Shown here: positions 1 through 10,109 of the stretch, piece after piece
How the letters are laid out: each line of letters starts with the position of its first letter
Position numbering within the stretch: the first letter of the stretch is position 1
Assembly: GCA_045106895.1 (NCBI GenBank)
Contig: JBGCFM010000100.1
Location: forward strand, 32,001 to 96,000
Length of the DNA stretch: 64,000 nt
Source: Polyangiales bacterium
Lineage (GTDB): Bacteria; Myxococcota_A; Polyangia; Polyangiales; Houyiibacteriaceae
Reading direction: 5' to 3'
Notes under the pieces: generated by a model
What the model saw: the letters and a program-made list of their open reading frames with translations, nothing else
What the model was told of the DNA's origin: nothing
Database searches by the model: none
Made by a program: the position numbers and the translations under genes

Positions 1-643
1 GCCCATTGTCGTCACCTACCGCGGGGACTCGTTTCCCATCACGCACGAGCTGAGCTTCGACCCGGAAGGCGGCATCATCGAGACCGACCTCTTCGTTCTG
101 GCGCCGCAGCGCATGGCCGTCGAAGACGGGGACTCCCTCGTGACCTACGCCGGAGAGTTCAGCCTCGACGTCTTCGAGGATGCCGACCTCAACCGCTTCG
201 GCCTCACTCAAGGTTGGCTTACGCGGATCCACATGGAACGCCGGATGTCCGACATCCTTCAGCTCGACACGCAACTCGTGGTCGAAGAAGGCCCCGAAGC
301 ACTGGAAGAGGTGATCCCGACGATTGAGCGAACGACGCGTGTCCGCATCGCCCAGGCGTGCTGTCCCGGCAACGCCATCCCGGACTCCGACGCACCGGGC
401 CGAATGTACAACGACTCCCGCCGCTACCGTCTCAGCGAAGCCCCCGACGACAGCACGCTCTTCTACATGACCCCTGAGATGGACCCCGACTTCTGTTACG
501 GCGGCGCGTCGTACGACGAAGTGGGCTACGGCGGAAGCGATGACTATGGCTGCACCGTCGCCGGCGCCACGGCATCGTACTCGCCGCTCTTTCTCGCGCT
601 CTTTATCGTCTGGCGTAAACGGCGACGCGCCGCGAAGGCGTAA
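1..643 (+). CDS. 5'-truncated secreted protein with C-terminal MYXO-CTERM sorting signal (possibly DUF2330-like)
   Basis: Frame open from window start (PIVVTYRGDSFP...). C-terminus GCTVAG...PLFLALFIVWRKRRR has Cys, hydrophobic stretch and basic tail. Confidence 0.7.
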   Translation, partial: PIVVTYRGDSFPITHELSFDPEGGIIETDLFVLAPQRMAVEDGDSLVTYAGEFSLDVFEDADLNRFGLTQGWLTRIHMERRMSDILQLDTQLVVEEGPEALEEVIPTIERTTRVRIAQACCPGNAIPDSDAPGRMYNDSRRYRLSEAPDDSTLFYMTPEMDPDFCYGGASYDEVGYGGSDDYGCTVAGATASYSPLFLALFIVWRKRRRAAKA

Positions 644-728
644 CCTAGACTTCACAACACACAGGCAATGCGCGACAACATTGCACCGACGTGAACGCCG
701 AGTTTTCATAAAGCACGACGTTCTCCTA

Positions 729-744
729 TGGAACGAAGCATGCA
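729..744 (+). promoter_or_regulatory. candidate sigma54 (-24/-12) promoter
   Basis: TGGAACGAAGCATGCA has GG-N10-GC spacing, with ATG 758 just downstream. Confidence 0.5.
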
Positions 745-757
745 TTGCGCAAGGGTC

Positions 758-1390
758 ATGAACCTTACCTCGCGCTTTGCAGTCGCTTCGTTTCTCGCTT
801 TATCGTCGCTGTGTTTTCAGACGTCCGCGTCGGCGCAAGATTCATTGAACGAAACGAGTTCGAGCGGCAACGATTTGCCGTGGGGTGAACGCCACGCATT
901 CGACCGAGACTTTGCTGGAGCCGTGTATGGCCTTGGCTGGGCCGGCCCCTACGAAGGATACGGTGGTGGGTTGCGCCTTCGTTGGGAGCCCTTCGACAAG
1001 CTCGGTGTCGAGGTCTACTCAGAGCACCTCCGCGTGGACGACCCCGATGGCGTTCGGCACGACCACCCGATCGGCTTCAATCTTTATGTCCCATTTCGAC
1101 TGACGGAGAACTTTCGGGTTCGTCCGCTCTTCGGTTTTTGCAGCGTCTTCAGCTTCGTTCACCCCTCGCAGACGGGCGCCGACCGCATCGACGACATTCA
1201 GTTTGGCGTCCACGCGGGGGCCGGCATCGAGTATGCGCTCGGGCGCTTCGTGTCTCTCTTCTTCGATGCCCAGATCACGTCGTACTTTGGTCATGGACGC
1301 ACCAGCGGTGGCTGGTCCACCCACGTCGGAGACAACGTCGACATGTGGTTCATCGGCGCCGGAGCTCTCGGTGTCCAGGTTCATCTCTGA
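758..1390 (+). CDS. outer-membrane beta-barrel protein
   Basis: Signal peptide (ASA-Q), alternating beta strands, FGVHAGAGIEY motif, C-terminal GVQVHL. Confidence 0.7.
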   Translation: MNLTSRFAVASFLALSSLCFQTSASAQDSLNETSSSGNDLPWGERHAFDRDFAGAVYGLGWAGPYEGYGGGLRLRWEPFDKLGVEVYSEHLRVDDPDGVRHDHPIGFNLYVPFRLTENFRVRPLFGFCSVFSFVHPSQTGADRIDDIQFGVHAGAGIEYALGRFVSLFFDAQITSYFGHGRTSGGWSTHVGDNVDMWFIGAGALGVQVHL

Positions 1391-1394
1391 GGTA

Positions 1395-2009
1395 TTACTC
1401 GGCAGTTCGTCGGCGACGACGTAGCCACGCGACGACGCCGACGAGCACGACGCCGGCGAGGACAACGTACGCCGCGCGCTGATAGCGCGAGAACATGCGC
1501 TCGAGCTCTTCGATGTTCGTTCCTACGGAAAAGCCAAGCGCCAGAATGCCGCCGTTCCACAGCGCGGCGCTGAGCCCTCCCCAGAGAATCACAGCACGCA
1601 GTCGGAGACCGGAGATCCCGGCGGCGACGAAGAAGAGCGCGCGGAACGCAGGAACGAACCGATTGATGGCGAGGTACACCGCCCCACGCTTTTCGAAGCG
1701 CTCTTGAAGCGTCACGAGGTTCTCCTGGGCGTTCGGCGTTCGCAGAAACGCGGGCCACTGGTCTTGATGGCGGCCCAGGGAACGTCCGAAGGCCCACGCG
1801 GCGACGCCGCCGACGAGGGAGCCTAACGTGAGAACCATCCAAACCGACCACCACGCCAGCCCAGCCGTGGCCGAGAGCGCGGCCCCCGCTAGCGTGACGC
1901 TGTCCCCCGGGAAAGGCGGAAAAACGTACTCGATGAGTGCGCCAAGCCCGAGAAGCGCGTGTGTGAGCACTGGCCCGAGCCCCGAAAACCAATCCAATGC
2001 CTCCTGCAC
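1395..2009 (-). CDS. DedA family membrane protein
   Basis: EYVFPPFPGDSV and INRFVPAFR DedA motifs. Confidence 0.9.
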   Translation of the reverse strand: MQEALDWFSGLGPVLTHALLGLGALIEYVFPPFPGDSVTLAGAALSATAGLAWWSVWMVLTLGSLVGGVAAWAFGRSLGRHQDQWPAFLRTPNAQENLVTLQERFEKRGAVYLAINRFVPAFRALFFVAAGISGLRLRAVILWGGLSAALWNGGILALGFSVGTNIEELERMFSRYQRAAYVVLAGVVLVGVVAWLRRRRRTAE

Positions 2010-2066
2010 CGGCTCAACCTAGTGCTGGGTGAGGGAAGGCGCATCCTCCCGTGGTAGTTTGGCAAC

Positions 2067-2924
2067 GTGCGCCGCGTGCTCCGACTTATCGCACCTTCGG
2101 GAATCGTCGCCGAAGATGACTTTCATGCTGGCGTCGCGTTCCTCCGGGAGCATTTCGAAGTCCGCTACCGAGACGATGTCTTGTCGCGGAATGGTTTTCT
2201 CGCGGGGAGCGACGAACGTCGACTCGACGAAGTGCACGAAGCTCTCGCCGACGAAGACGCCGACGCCATCGTCGCCGTCCGCGGCGGACATGGCGCTCTT
2301 CGCATCGTGGACGAACTTGACCTGGGCCTCCTACGTCGGGCCGCCAAACCCATCATCGGTTTCAGCGACATCACTGCCCTTCATCTCGCTTGGGCGCGCG
2401 TCGGTGCTCCTTCGCTCCACGCGTCCATGGTCGGTGCTCTGGGACGTAACGCGAGCATCCGAATCGAATGGCTCCGCTCCCTCGAGTCGCTCTTTCAAGA
2501 AGCTCCGACGACGTTGAACGACCTCGACGTTTGGACCCCTGGCGACGCGGCAGGGACCCTCCTCGGAGGAAACCTCCGGGTCATCGCTTCCCTCCTCGGA
2601 ACTTCCTACGTGCCCAAGTTCGACGGCGCGCTTCTTCTGTTGGAAGACGTCGGTGAGCGCGCCTACCGGGTCGACCGCCTCCTGACCACGTTGCGCCTTC
2701 ACGGGGTTTTCGACGGCATCGCAGGCGTTGTACTCGGGGACTTCTACGAATGTCATCCAAGCGAAGGGGTCAGCGCGAAAGAGGTGCTTCAGGCGTTCTT
2801 CGCCGACGCTCCTTTCCCCGTCCTAGCCGGTCTTCCTGTGGGACATGGCGAGAAGAACGCCGCGCTCGTTCTTGGCCGGACGGCGCGGATTCACTCAGGC
2901 GGCAGCCTCAGCACGGGGCACTGA
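2067..2924 (+). CDS. LD-carboxypeptidase (peptidase S66)
   Basis: IAPS, RGGHG, GFSDIT, GGNL, LEDVGE and PVGHG motifs. Confidence 0.92.
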   Translation: MRRVLRLIAPSGIVAEDDFHAGVAFLREHFEVRYRDDVLSRNGFLAGSDERRLDEVHEALADEDADAIVAVRGGHGALRIVDELDLGLLRRAAKPIIGFSDITALHLAWARVGAPSLHASMVGALGRNASIRIEWLRSLESLFQEAPTTLNDLDVWTPGDAAGTLLGGNLRVIASLLGTSYVPKFDGALLLLEDVGERAYRVDRLLTTLRLHGVFDGIAGVVLGDFYECHPSEGVSAKEVLQAFFADAPFPVLAGLPVGHGEKNAALVLGRTARIHSGGSLSTGH

Positions 2925-2934
2925 GAAGTCGCGC

Positions 2935-3519
2935 TTAGATGCGCCGGTCGAGGCCAATGAGCGTGAAGAGCTCCATCCGGGTCATCGAGCTCTCAAGGAA
3001 TGTTCCGTGGAGCTTGCTGGTCGTCGTCCACGCGCCCGGCTTTCGAACTCCGCGATGACACATGCAGTAATGCTGGGCCTGCATGATGACGGCCACGCCG
3101 AGTGGATCGAGGGCGCTCTGAATCGCATCCGCGATCTGCGCCGTAAGCTTCTCCTGAACCTGCAGGCGCTTGGCGAACACATCAACAACGCGGGCGAGCT
3201 TCGAAAGCCCGACCACTTTGCCTCGAGGAATGTACGCGACATGAGCCTTGCCGACGAAGGGCACCATGTGGTGCTCACAGTGGCTGTAGAACTCGATATC
3301 GCTGACCAGAACGATCTCATCGTAGCCTTCGACCTCCTCAAAGGTCTTCGCCAGGTATGTCTCTGGGTCTTGTTCGTACCCCGCGAAGTGCTCGGAGAAG
3401 GCGCGCATCACGCGTCCGGGGGTCTCAAGGAGACCCTCGCGGGTCGGGTCATCGCCGATGTACTTCAGGATTACCCGGACGGCGTCCATCACTTCTTGCT
3501 GCTCTTTGTCGGTGCTCAT
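2935..3519 (-). CDS. folE: GTP cyclohydrolase I
   Basis: [34 protein letters not shown] and HYCMCHRG motifs. Confidence 0.97.
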   Translation of the reverse strand: MSTDKEQQEVMDAVRVILKYIGDDPTREGLLETPGRVMRAFSEHFAGYEQDPETYLAKTFEEVEGYDEIVLVSDIEFYSHCEHHMVPFVGKAHVAYIPRGKVVGLSKLARVVDVFAKRLQVQEKLTAQIADAIQSALDPLGVAVIMQAQHYCMCHRGVRKPGAWTTTSKLHGTFLESSMTRMELFTLIGLDRRI

Positions 3520-3585
3520 CGTTTGTCTCGTTTCTGGGGAGCTCGCCACACTGCGCTGTCGCGCTGACTATGGCACAATCGCCCG

Positions 3586-3795
3586 GTGACGCAGTCCGCA
3601 CTACGCAGCATTGGGGTCGTTCTCATCATCCTTGGAGCCGTCGGCTTCCTCGACGGGATGGAAATGATACAAGTTCGCTCGCGTTTCATTACGTGGATGG
3701 AAAACTGGGGCCAAGATACCGCCTGGGTCATCCGAATCGCCACTGGCCTCGTGGGCGCTTCCCTGCTTTTTCTCACGCCCCGGGCGGACGATTAG
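3586..3795 (+). CDS. small two-TM membrane protein
   Basis: 69 aa with two hydrophobic helices; fills the gap between flanking genes. Confidence 0.55.
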   Translation: MTQSALRSIGVVLIILGAVGFLDGMEMIQVRSRFITWMENWGQDTAWVIRIATGLVGASLLFLTPRADD

Positions 3796-3857
3796 ACGAA
3801 GCGAAAATCAGGTCGGGCTTGATTGAATATCGAGGGAATGCGACCGTCGCACAGACT

Positions 3858-4730
3858 ATGCGCACGCTCACCCTCATCACACTTCTCTCGGCCGCCTGCG
3901 TTCTAAGTGCCGGCCCAGCTCACGCTCAACGCGGACACTACGTCGACCCATCAAGTCAGCTTACCCAAGCCCTTGCGACGTTTTCACAGCAGGCACAACG
4001 GATTCGGGGTGGCGGCATCGCCCAAGCGGTAAATCGTCTTCAACGAACGATGAGTCGCCAACCGGGCAACATTCAACTCGTCGCCCAGCGCTACAACGAA
4101 CTTCGGCGCCTTCTTCACGGCGTCGCGATCAACGATGTACAGATTCTGGATGCCTGGGACGCGGTGGTTCACAGCTACCGTGAGTACGCCGGGTCGGGTG
4201 CGGGCGTTGTCATTCAGCCTCCCCAGGGCGTCGTCGTCGCTCCGCCGGTTCAAGGGCATCAAGGACAACACTACTTCCAGGGCACCTTCGAAAATACGCC
4301 GGTGACCTTCGCTGGCAACAGCCCGGACGAGGTCTTCCAGCGCTGCTCCCAGTTCATGTCGCACGCACGAATCACCCAGGTGGACGACATCAGCGTCAAC
4401 GGACAGCGCTACCGCAATGGCCCAAGCTTCTGGCAGAACGACGCACTCTGCAGCATCGCTGCATTGAACTCGGCGCCCGCACACACCGTTCAGATTCGCG
4501 GCGACGCGGAAGGCACACCCTTCGCGATCGGCGCTGGCCAGCAGCGAGTTCTTCAGGTCTACCTGCCGCGAGCCCTCACTTCGCTCCACGTGGATGACCT
4601 CACGATCAACGGCCAGGCCTACCACAATCAGGCCAGCTTCTGGAACGCCAACGAAGTCCTCAACATGATCCTGTCCCAGGCTCGCGGAATTCCGCAGAAC
4701 CGCGTGCGTCGCCGACGACCTCGCCGATGA
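3858..4730 (+). CDS. secreted hypothetical protein with internal duplicated domain
   Basis: Signal peptide MRTLTL...AHA-Q; repeated VDD(I/L)xxNGQxYxNxxSFW motif. Confidence 0.7.
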   Translation: MRTLTLITLLSAACVLSAGPAHAQRGHYVDPSSQLTQALATFSQQAQRIRGGGIAQAVNRLQRTMSRQPGNIQLVAQRYNELRRLLHGVAINDVQILDAWDAVVHSYREYAGSGAGVVIQPPQGVVVAPPVQGHQGQHYFQGTFENTPVTFAGNSPDEVFQRCSQFMSHARITQVDDISVNGQRYRNGPSFWQNDALCSIAALNSAPAHTVQIRGDAEGTPFAIGAGQQRVLQVYLPRALTSLHVDDLTINGQAYHNQASFWNANEVLNMILSQARGIPQNRVRRRRPRR

Positions 4731-5428
4731 GCGAAGAAGGCGCTCCTCAAGCGCCACTTGGCAAAGAAGCGCCACGCCTTGGGCCCCTTCGGGCCCTCGG
4801 GTGGCTCTTTGTTTTTGGGCTCGTCGCTGGCGGCGTGCTGGTCGGGGCCCTGGCCTACCGGATGCTGGCGCCAACGCCCGAGCCGGTGGAGACGATCATT
4901 CGCGAGACGCCGGATGTGGTTCGTGCCGTTCAAGACTTGGCTCGCCTCGAGAGCGCGCGCATGCATATGGAACGAGTCGTCGATCTCCGGGATCGCGGCT
5001 CGAGTCTCTTCGGTCTCGTCGAAACCGAAGACGCCATCCTCTTGGTTGCTGCGGCGGACGTGAGCGCAGGCGTCGACCTCACTCGGATGCAAGACGGAGA
5101 CGTCATCATCGAACCGGACCTCCAGCGCGCCACCATCGTCTTGCCGCCGCCGGAGATCTTTGAGGCGCGTTTGGACAACGAACACACCTACGTCCACACC
5201 CGAGAGACCAGCACCCTCGCCGAACCCTCGGCGGGCCTTGAGACACGCGCGCGACAGGAAGCGGAGCGGACCCTGCGTTCGTCCGCCGAAAGCGCAGGCC
5301 TTCTTGAACGCGCTCGCCAAAACGCGAAAACGACCATCATGGCGCTCGTACGCAGCCTCGGTTTCGACGAAGTCGAGGTTCGTTTTAGCGACGAAGCTCA
5401 CTCGGGAACCGTCGAGACATTGGATTGA
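4727..5428 (+). CDS. DUF4230 family protein
   Basis: N-terminal TM; VSAGVDL, IVLPPPEI and LLERARQNA motifs; ATGA overlap with the upstream gene. Confidence 0.85.
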   Translation: MSEEGAPQAPLGKEAPRLGPLRALGWLFVFGLVAGGVLVGALAYRMLAPTPEPVETIIRETPDVVRAVQDLARLESARMHMERVVDLRDRGSSLFGLVETEDAILLVAAADVSAGVDLTRMQDGDVIIEPDLQRATIVLPPPEIFEARLDNEHTYVHTRETSTLAEPSAGLETRARQEAERTLRSSAESAGLLERARQNAKTTIMALVRSLGFDEVEVRFSDEAHSGTVETLD

Positions 5429-5547
5429 GCCCGACGGGGCATCTCTGGGGTAATCACGCCCCACCTGGTGTCCACAGTCCCCGCCTAACGATGTCAGCGT
5501 GGCCTATTTGTCCGCCGATCTACGTTTCTTCGAACCGCAACGCTAAA

Positions 5548-5563
5548 TGGCACGTACATTGCT
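5548..5563 (+). promoter_or_regulatory. sigma54 (-24/-12) promoter
   Basis: TGGCACGTACATTGCT is an exact match to TGGCACG-N4-TTGCW. Confidence 0.8.
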
Positions 5564-5576
5564 GTACATGACCACC

Positions 5577-5765
5577 ATGGACGACAGACCCCAGCGCACC
5601 CTAGAGTCGCTCAAGGATGACGACGCCGGCCTTACCACCGTTGAGTACATCATCATCCTCGCGCTCATCGCTATCGCGGCGATCGGCGCGTGGAATGTGT
5701 TTGGAGGCTCCATTGAAACTCAAGCCCGCGGCTCCTCCACGACCATTGGTGGTCTTCCCCGCTGA
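5577..5765 (+). CDS. Flp/Fap-type pilin-like protein
   Basis: DDAG-LTTVEYIIILALIAIAAI: class III signal with E+5 and Y+6. Confidence 0.8.
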   Translation: MDDRPQRTLESLKDDDAGLTTVEYIIILALIAIAAIGAWNVFGGSIETQARGSSTTIGGLPR

Positions 5766-5828
5766 CCCCACCCAGTGACGCCCGCTCATTCCGCTCATTT
5801 TCTCACCCCGGCCCTTCGAAAGTCAACG

Positions 5829-7460
5829 ATGCAGATTCGCTCACGCCTTCTCATACTTCTCGCCTTCGCCCTCGCGGCATGTTCAAGCGATCCACCCACT
5901 GTTCGGGCGCCGGAGACAACGGTGGAAGTCCTGCGTGAGCCGGTCTTAGCCCCACGTGCATCGATCCCCGAAGTCGACGAAGCCGTGGAGCGCGTCTTGG
6001 TGGAAGCGGACGCGTTGACTTTCGTTTATCGCAGCGCCGGTGAAGCGGAAACACCTGCCGAGGGCGATGTGGTCGCTGGCCGTACGGATGGTGGCTACCT
6101 TCGGCGAATCACTTCCTGCGTAGAAGAGTCCCCAACACGCACGCGCTGCGAGACCGAAGTCGCGCAGCTCACGGATCTCTTCGAAGATGTTCACTTTCGC
6201 GCGAGCTTTGAACCTCGCAGCTCCTCCTGGACTCAGACCGTCGTTCGAGACGGCGTCGGCAGCCGCACGGACATGCTTGGCGGCAGCATCAAGGCAATCC
6301 CGGACATCAAGCTTTCGGAGCACTGTGACTTCCCATCCGGAGCCAATGTCGAAGTTAGCGCTGACTTCCAGCCGCGCTTCGACACGGAGGTCGACATCTT
6401 TCGCCGCCGTTCCCGTCATCTTCGGATCGAACTTGGCGGTGTAGTCTCGGTCGGTGCGACGGCCACGCTGAGCAACGGCGCCTCCGTCACCTGCTCCTTC
6501 GAGATTCCTATGGAAGACCTGCCTCAGCAGGAGTTCTCCAACTGGTTCTTCGTCGGCTGGGTTCCCGTCGCGATCACCCACACCATCGGCGCGAAGGTGA
6601 ACATTGAGGCCACCGCGGGGGTCGATGCGGGCACGTTTGAGGCGTCCGCATCGGGTGAGATCAGCTTCGGTGTCTACCTTGACTACCTCCAGGATCGCGG
6701 CTGGGAAGCCGACGGCGACGCCACTCGTTCCGCGAGCGCAACGGCGTCCACAGACCAAGAGCTCACCGCGCGAGTCGGCGTGACCGTCAAGCCTGCGCTC
6801 GTTTACCTGATGAAGATCTATGACTCCGTCGGTCCGGAGATCGGTCTCGTTCCAGAGATCGAAGCCGAGGTGTCTGCGACACTTTGCGAGTGGGATGCCC
6901 ATGTCAACGGCGCCCTCAACGTGAGCTTGGCCCCGAAGGTCGACGTCCCCGTCTTCGATGTGAACATCCTCGAGGTCAACTTCAACCTGAACCTTATCGA
7001 GAGCACGGAGCTCTGGAGCGGCGGCGGCACTTTCCCTTGGTGCGCGGACGCTGGCGGAATGCCCGATGGTGGAACCGGCCCCGACGCCGGACCTGGACGA
7101 GACGCTGGACCCTCCTCCACGGGAGACGCTGGTCCTCGACCGGACGCCGGACCCGGCGGCGACGACGCGGGACCTGTCGCCGACGCAGGATCCAGCAGCG
7201 ACCCTTGCCGGATGGAGGCCGACTGTTCCGAGTGCACCAACACACCTGGGTGCGGTTGGGGTGCGGATGGCTGTATCACTGCGAGCCCTGGCACCCCGGG
7301 TGTCACGACGCGAGCCGCGGAATGCTACGACTGCACCGGCCTCACCACATGCACCCCATGTGCTCAGGACGGCTTCTGCGAGTGGTGCCCGGGCAGCGGC
7401 TGCCACAACACATACGAAGACGCCTGCGCATCGCCGACTCCCGTCCTCATGTGTGACTGA
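5829..7460 (+). CDS. lipoprotein with beta-rich core, DAG-repeat linker and Cys-rich (PSI-like) C-terminus
   Basis: Lipobox LAAC, DAGP linker repeats, CxxCxxxxGCGW and CEWC motifs. Confidence 0.75.
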   Translation: MQIRSRLLILLAFALAACSSDPPTVRAPETTVEVLREPVLAPRASIPEVDEAVERVLVEADALTFVYRSAGEAETPAEGDVVAGRTDGGYLRRITSCVEESPTRTRCETEVAQLTDLFEDVHFRASFEPRSSSWTQTVVRDGVGSRTDMLGGSIKAIPDIKLSEHCDFPSGANVEVSADFQPRFDTEVDIFRRRSRHLRIELGGVVSVGATATLSNGASVTCSFEIPMEDLPQQEFSNWFFVGWVPVAITHTIGAKVNIEATAGVDAGTFEASASGEISFGVYLDYLQDRGWEADGDATRSASATASTDQELTARVGVTVKPALVYLMKIYDSVGPEIGLVPEIEAEVSATLCEWDAHVNGALNVSLAPKVDVPVFDVNILEVNFNLNLIESTELWSGGGTFPWCADAGGMPDGGTGPDAGPGRDAGPSSTGDAGPRPDAGPGGDDAGPVADAGSSSDPCRMEADCSECTNTPGCGWGADGCITASPGTPGVTTRAAECYDCTGLTTCTPCAQDGFCEWCPGSGCHNTYEDACASPTPVLMCD

Positions 7461-7668
7461 GTAGGTTCACCAGCCCGATGGCCTCCGTCCGACGCGATGC
7501 GTTGACGGGGGCCTTTGTCGTTTCGTGAGCGGAGCACGAGCCGCCCTTTTCTGCCCAGATCTACCGACGATCTTCGACATTCGTCGGACTCGTGTGCCAA
7601 GCCCGTCACGGCTCCGTGGTTCGCGTTGACATGCACTCCCTCTGGCGCCTAGGTTCTGCCAGCCTCAC

Positions 7669-8661
7669 ATGCGCCGCTTCGCCTTCCCTCTTGCCGCACT
7701 CGCGGCCATTCTTATGCCTGCTGCCCTGCCCTCGACGGCTGACGGGAGCCACGCTCGCACGCTGGTTTATATCAACGGGCGACCCACGGCAGTCCACTTC
7801 AACGATGGGGACAGTTTTCGTCAGCTCGACGGCCCCTACTCGGGTCGAGGGTCACGTCTGGCTGGGTTCAACACCCTTGAGAGCTTCGGGCCAGCTCACG
7901 CCTGGGGTGAGTGGCACCCCTTCGAGCTCTGGGTAAACGCGAAGATGGCCACGTACAATGGCCGCCAAGGCGTCTGGCACTGTTTCACGGAAGGCGAGAC
8001 GGACACGTACGGACGTATCCTGCTCGACTGCCCCGATCTTGCCACCGACCAGATTCGGCGCGGCCTGGCCCACGCCATGCAAATCGATGACACGCCATCT
8101 CGACCCGAGTACTTGCGGGCTCAGCACGAAGCGATGCGCGCTCGGCGTGGCATGTGGGCGCACGGCGTCCCGGACTTTGTTCTGACCTCGCTGCACTCGG
8201 CGGACGAGGATCCAACGCGTGACCAGCAATACAATCGTCTCGTCTCCACGCGAGACGGACACTCGGAGCGCTGGTCCCACAACGACCGTTACCCAGAGTG
8301 CAGCTTCCCCTGCGCCGAGACCATCGCAGCGGACATGCCTCGAGTGGAGGCCTACGCCCAGCGTCTTCGCGCGGACCGCGAACTGGCACCAGCCATCGCG
8401 GACCTGCCAAACATTCTTTTGATCGAAGCCGTGTCTCGCTACGCCCGCCTCGCAAACCTCCCCGAGTACCTCTCGGAAGAAGCGACGGCAGCACTTGAGC
8501 CACGCCTCGCCGAGGCGCGCGAGTCTGGCCAACTCGGCCAAACGACGATGACCACTGGCGCCTGCATGGTGTACGCCGATTTCCGGCGTCGCTATGGGCG
8601 AGAGCGTGCCGCGTGCCTCAACGGCCGCGGACTTGATTCCCCGGTAAGGACAGCCCGATGA
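7669..8661 (+). CDS. secreted thermonuclease (SNase-like) family protein
   Basis: Signal peptide; NDGDSF, RLAGFNTLE, DTYGRIL, GLA and ARRGMW motifs. Confidence 0.8.
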   Translation: MRRFAFPLAALAAILMPAALPSTADGSHARTLVYINGRPTAVHFNDGDSFRQLDGPYSGRGSRLAGFNTLESFGPAHAWGEWHPFELWVNAKMATYNGRQGVWHCFTEGETDTYGRILLDCPDLATDQIRRGLAHAMQIDDTPSRPEYLRAQHEAMRARRGMWAHGVPDFVLTSLHSADEDPTRDQQYNRLVSTRDGHSERWSHNDRYPECSFPCAETIAADMPRVEAYAQRLRADRELAPAIADLPNILLIEAVSRYARLANLPEYLSEEATAALEPRLAEARESGQLGQTTMTTGACMVYADFRRRYGRERAACLNGRGLDSPVRTAR

Positions 8662-10028
8662 GTAAGCTCCAAGCTACAGCTGCATGTGCACTCGTGCTCG
8701 CGCTGACGCCCGCTTGTTTTGACGTCGACCGCGTCACAAACGGCCCCCCAGTCGGCTACGAAACCAACTCCATCGAGTGCTCCGATGGGCGCGACAACGA
8801 TCAGGACGGCTTCATCGATTGCAGCGACCCCGACTGCATCTCGCGAAACTTCTGCGGTGAGATCATCCCCTTCGCTCCACCGAGTGGCTTTGAGGGCGAC
8901 TTCGAGAGCTGTACCGATGGCATCGACAATGATGACAATGGGCAGTTCGACTGCGGCGACCGTAAATGCCAGGGCATTCAGGAGACCTGCTGCGTGACGG
9001 AGTTCACCGATGGCGCGTGTTCCGACGGAATCGACAACGACGGCAACGGCTTTGGTGACTGCATGGACTTCGCCTGCCGAAACGGAACCTTCACGACCGT
9101 GTGTTCGCGCGAAACCGAGTGCGACGACGGCATCGACAATGACGCCGACGGTTTTGAGGACTGCGACGACCGTGACTGCGAGTCGGTCTCCGTTTGCATC
9201 CCGAGCCCGGGCCCGGAGAACACCGCCGAGCGCTGCATCGATGGCTTCGACAACGACGGAAACGGATTTTCCGACTGTCGAGAGTTCGCTTGTTGTGATG
9301 GAGGAAGCCTTCCGTGCATCGACCCCATCGTGGATGAGCACTGCAGCAACTTGCCTTCGGAGACCACCGCCGAGGAGTGCATGGACGGCATCGACAACGA
9401 TGGAAATGGCTTCTTCGACTGCGCCGAATTCGGTTGTTGCGGCCGCGCCGGCTGCATCCTCCCTGAGGTACAAGCGTACTGTGACTCTCGCCCCGCCGAG
9501 GACACCTTCGAGCTATGTACGGATGGTATCGACAACGACGGAAACGGTTTCCTCGACTGCAACGACAACAGCTGCAGCCAGAGCGACAACCCTGACCTCA
9601 AGCGTCTGTGCGAAGCCGACTACGATTCCTGCACAGACTTCATCGACAACGATGGCGACGGCTTCCTCGACTGCTCGGACCGGAGCTGCGAGGGGCTGAC
9701 GGAGATTCGCCCGACGCCCGCGGGCAACCGTCCGTTGAGCCCCTGCCTCGAGTCCGTTTTCACACCTGAGGACATCGACGTTCGCACGCCTGGACGGGAT
9801 GAAGAGAGCCTCCGACGCATCGCCATTCAGGGCTGCAGCGACGGATTCGACGGTGACTCTGACAACGTGATCGACTGCGATGACTGGGACTGCCAGTACA
9901 ACCCGCTCCTCAATCCACGAACGAACAACCCGAACTCCACAGCCTTTGGCTTCTGCGAGGGCGCGACCTTCGAGAGTGGACAGTGGGTCGGCGGTAGCGC
10001 CGACACCCTCACCCTTCACTGCCAGTAA
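8658..10028 (+). CDS. lipoprotein with nine CxDGxDNDxxGxxDCxxxxC repeats
   Basis: Lipobox-like TPAC; nine repeats counted; ATGA overlap with the nuclease gene. Confidence 0.85.
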   Translation: MSKLQATAACALVLALTPACFDVDRVTNGPPVGYETNSIECSDGRDNDQDGFIDCSDPDCISRNFCGEIIPFAPPSGFEGDFESCTDGIDNDDNGQFDCGDRKCQGIQETCCVTEFTDGACSDGIDNDGNGFGDCMDFACRNGTFTTVCSRETECDDGIDNDADGFEDCDDRDCESVSVCIPSPGPENTAERCIDGFDNDGNGFSDCREFACCDGGSLPCIDPIVDEHCSNLPSETTAEECMDGIDNDGNGFFDCAEFGCCGRAGCILPEVQAYCDSRPAEDTFELCTDGIDNDGNGFLDCNDNSCSQSDNPDLKRLCEADYDSCTDFIDNDGDGFLDCSDRSCEGLTEIRPTPAGNRPLSPCLESVFTPEDIDVRTPGRDEESLRRIAIQGCSDGFDGDSDNVIDCDDWDCQYNPLLNPRTNNPNSTAFGFCEGATFESGQWVGGSADTLTLHCQ

Positions 10029-10109
10029 CCACGCGCCAAAAACTCGCCCCCTTCCAGCGCGCCCATATTTCCAACGCTGCATAGCCTTTTGCCTCACCCC
10101 CACTAAGCG

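Noticed and set aside
3571..3586. TGGCAC as a sigma54 -24 element
   Set aside because: No GC at the -12 position.
3357..3857. N-terminal extension of ORF 3357..4730
   Set aside because: Overlaps folE and another gene; the signal peptide begins at 3858.
8760..9900. Regularly recurring GACAACGACGG-like DNA repeats as a possible CRISPR array
   Set aside because: Degenerate in-frame protein repeats; no constant repeat/spacer structure or cas genes.
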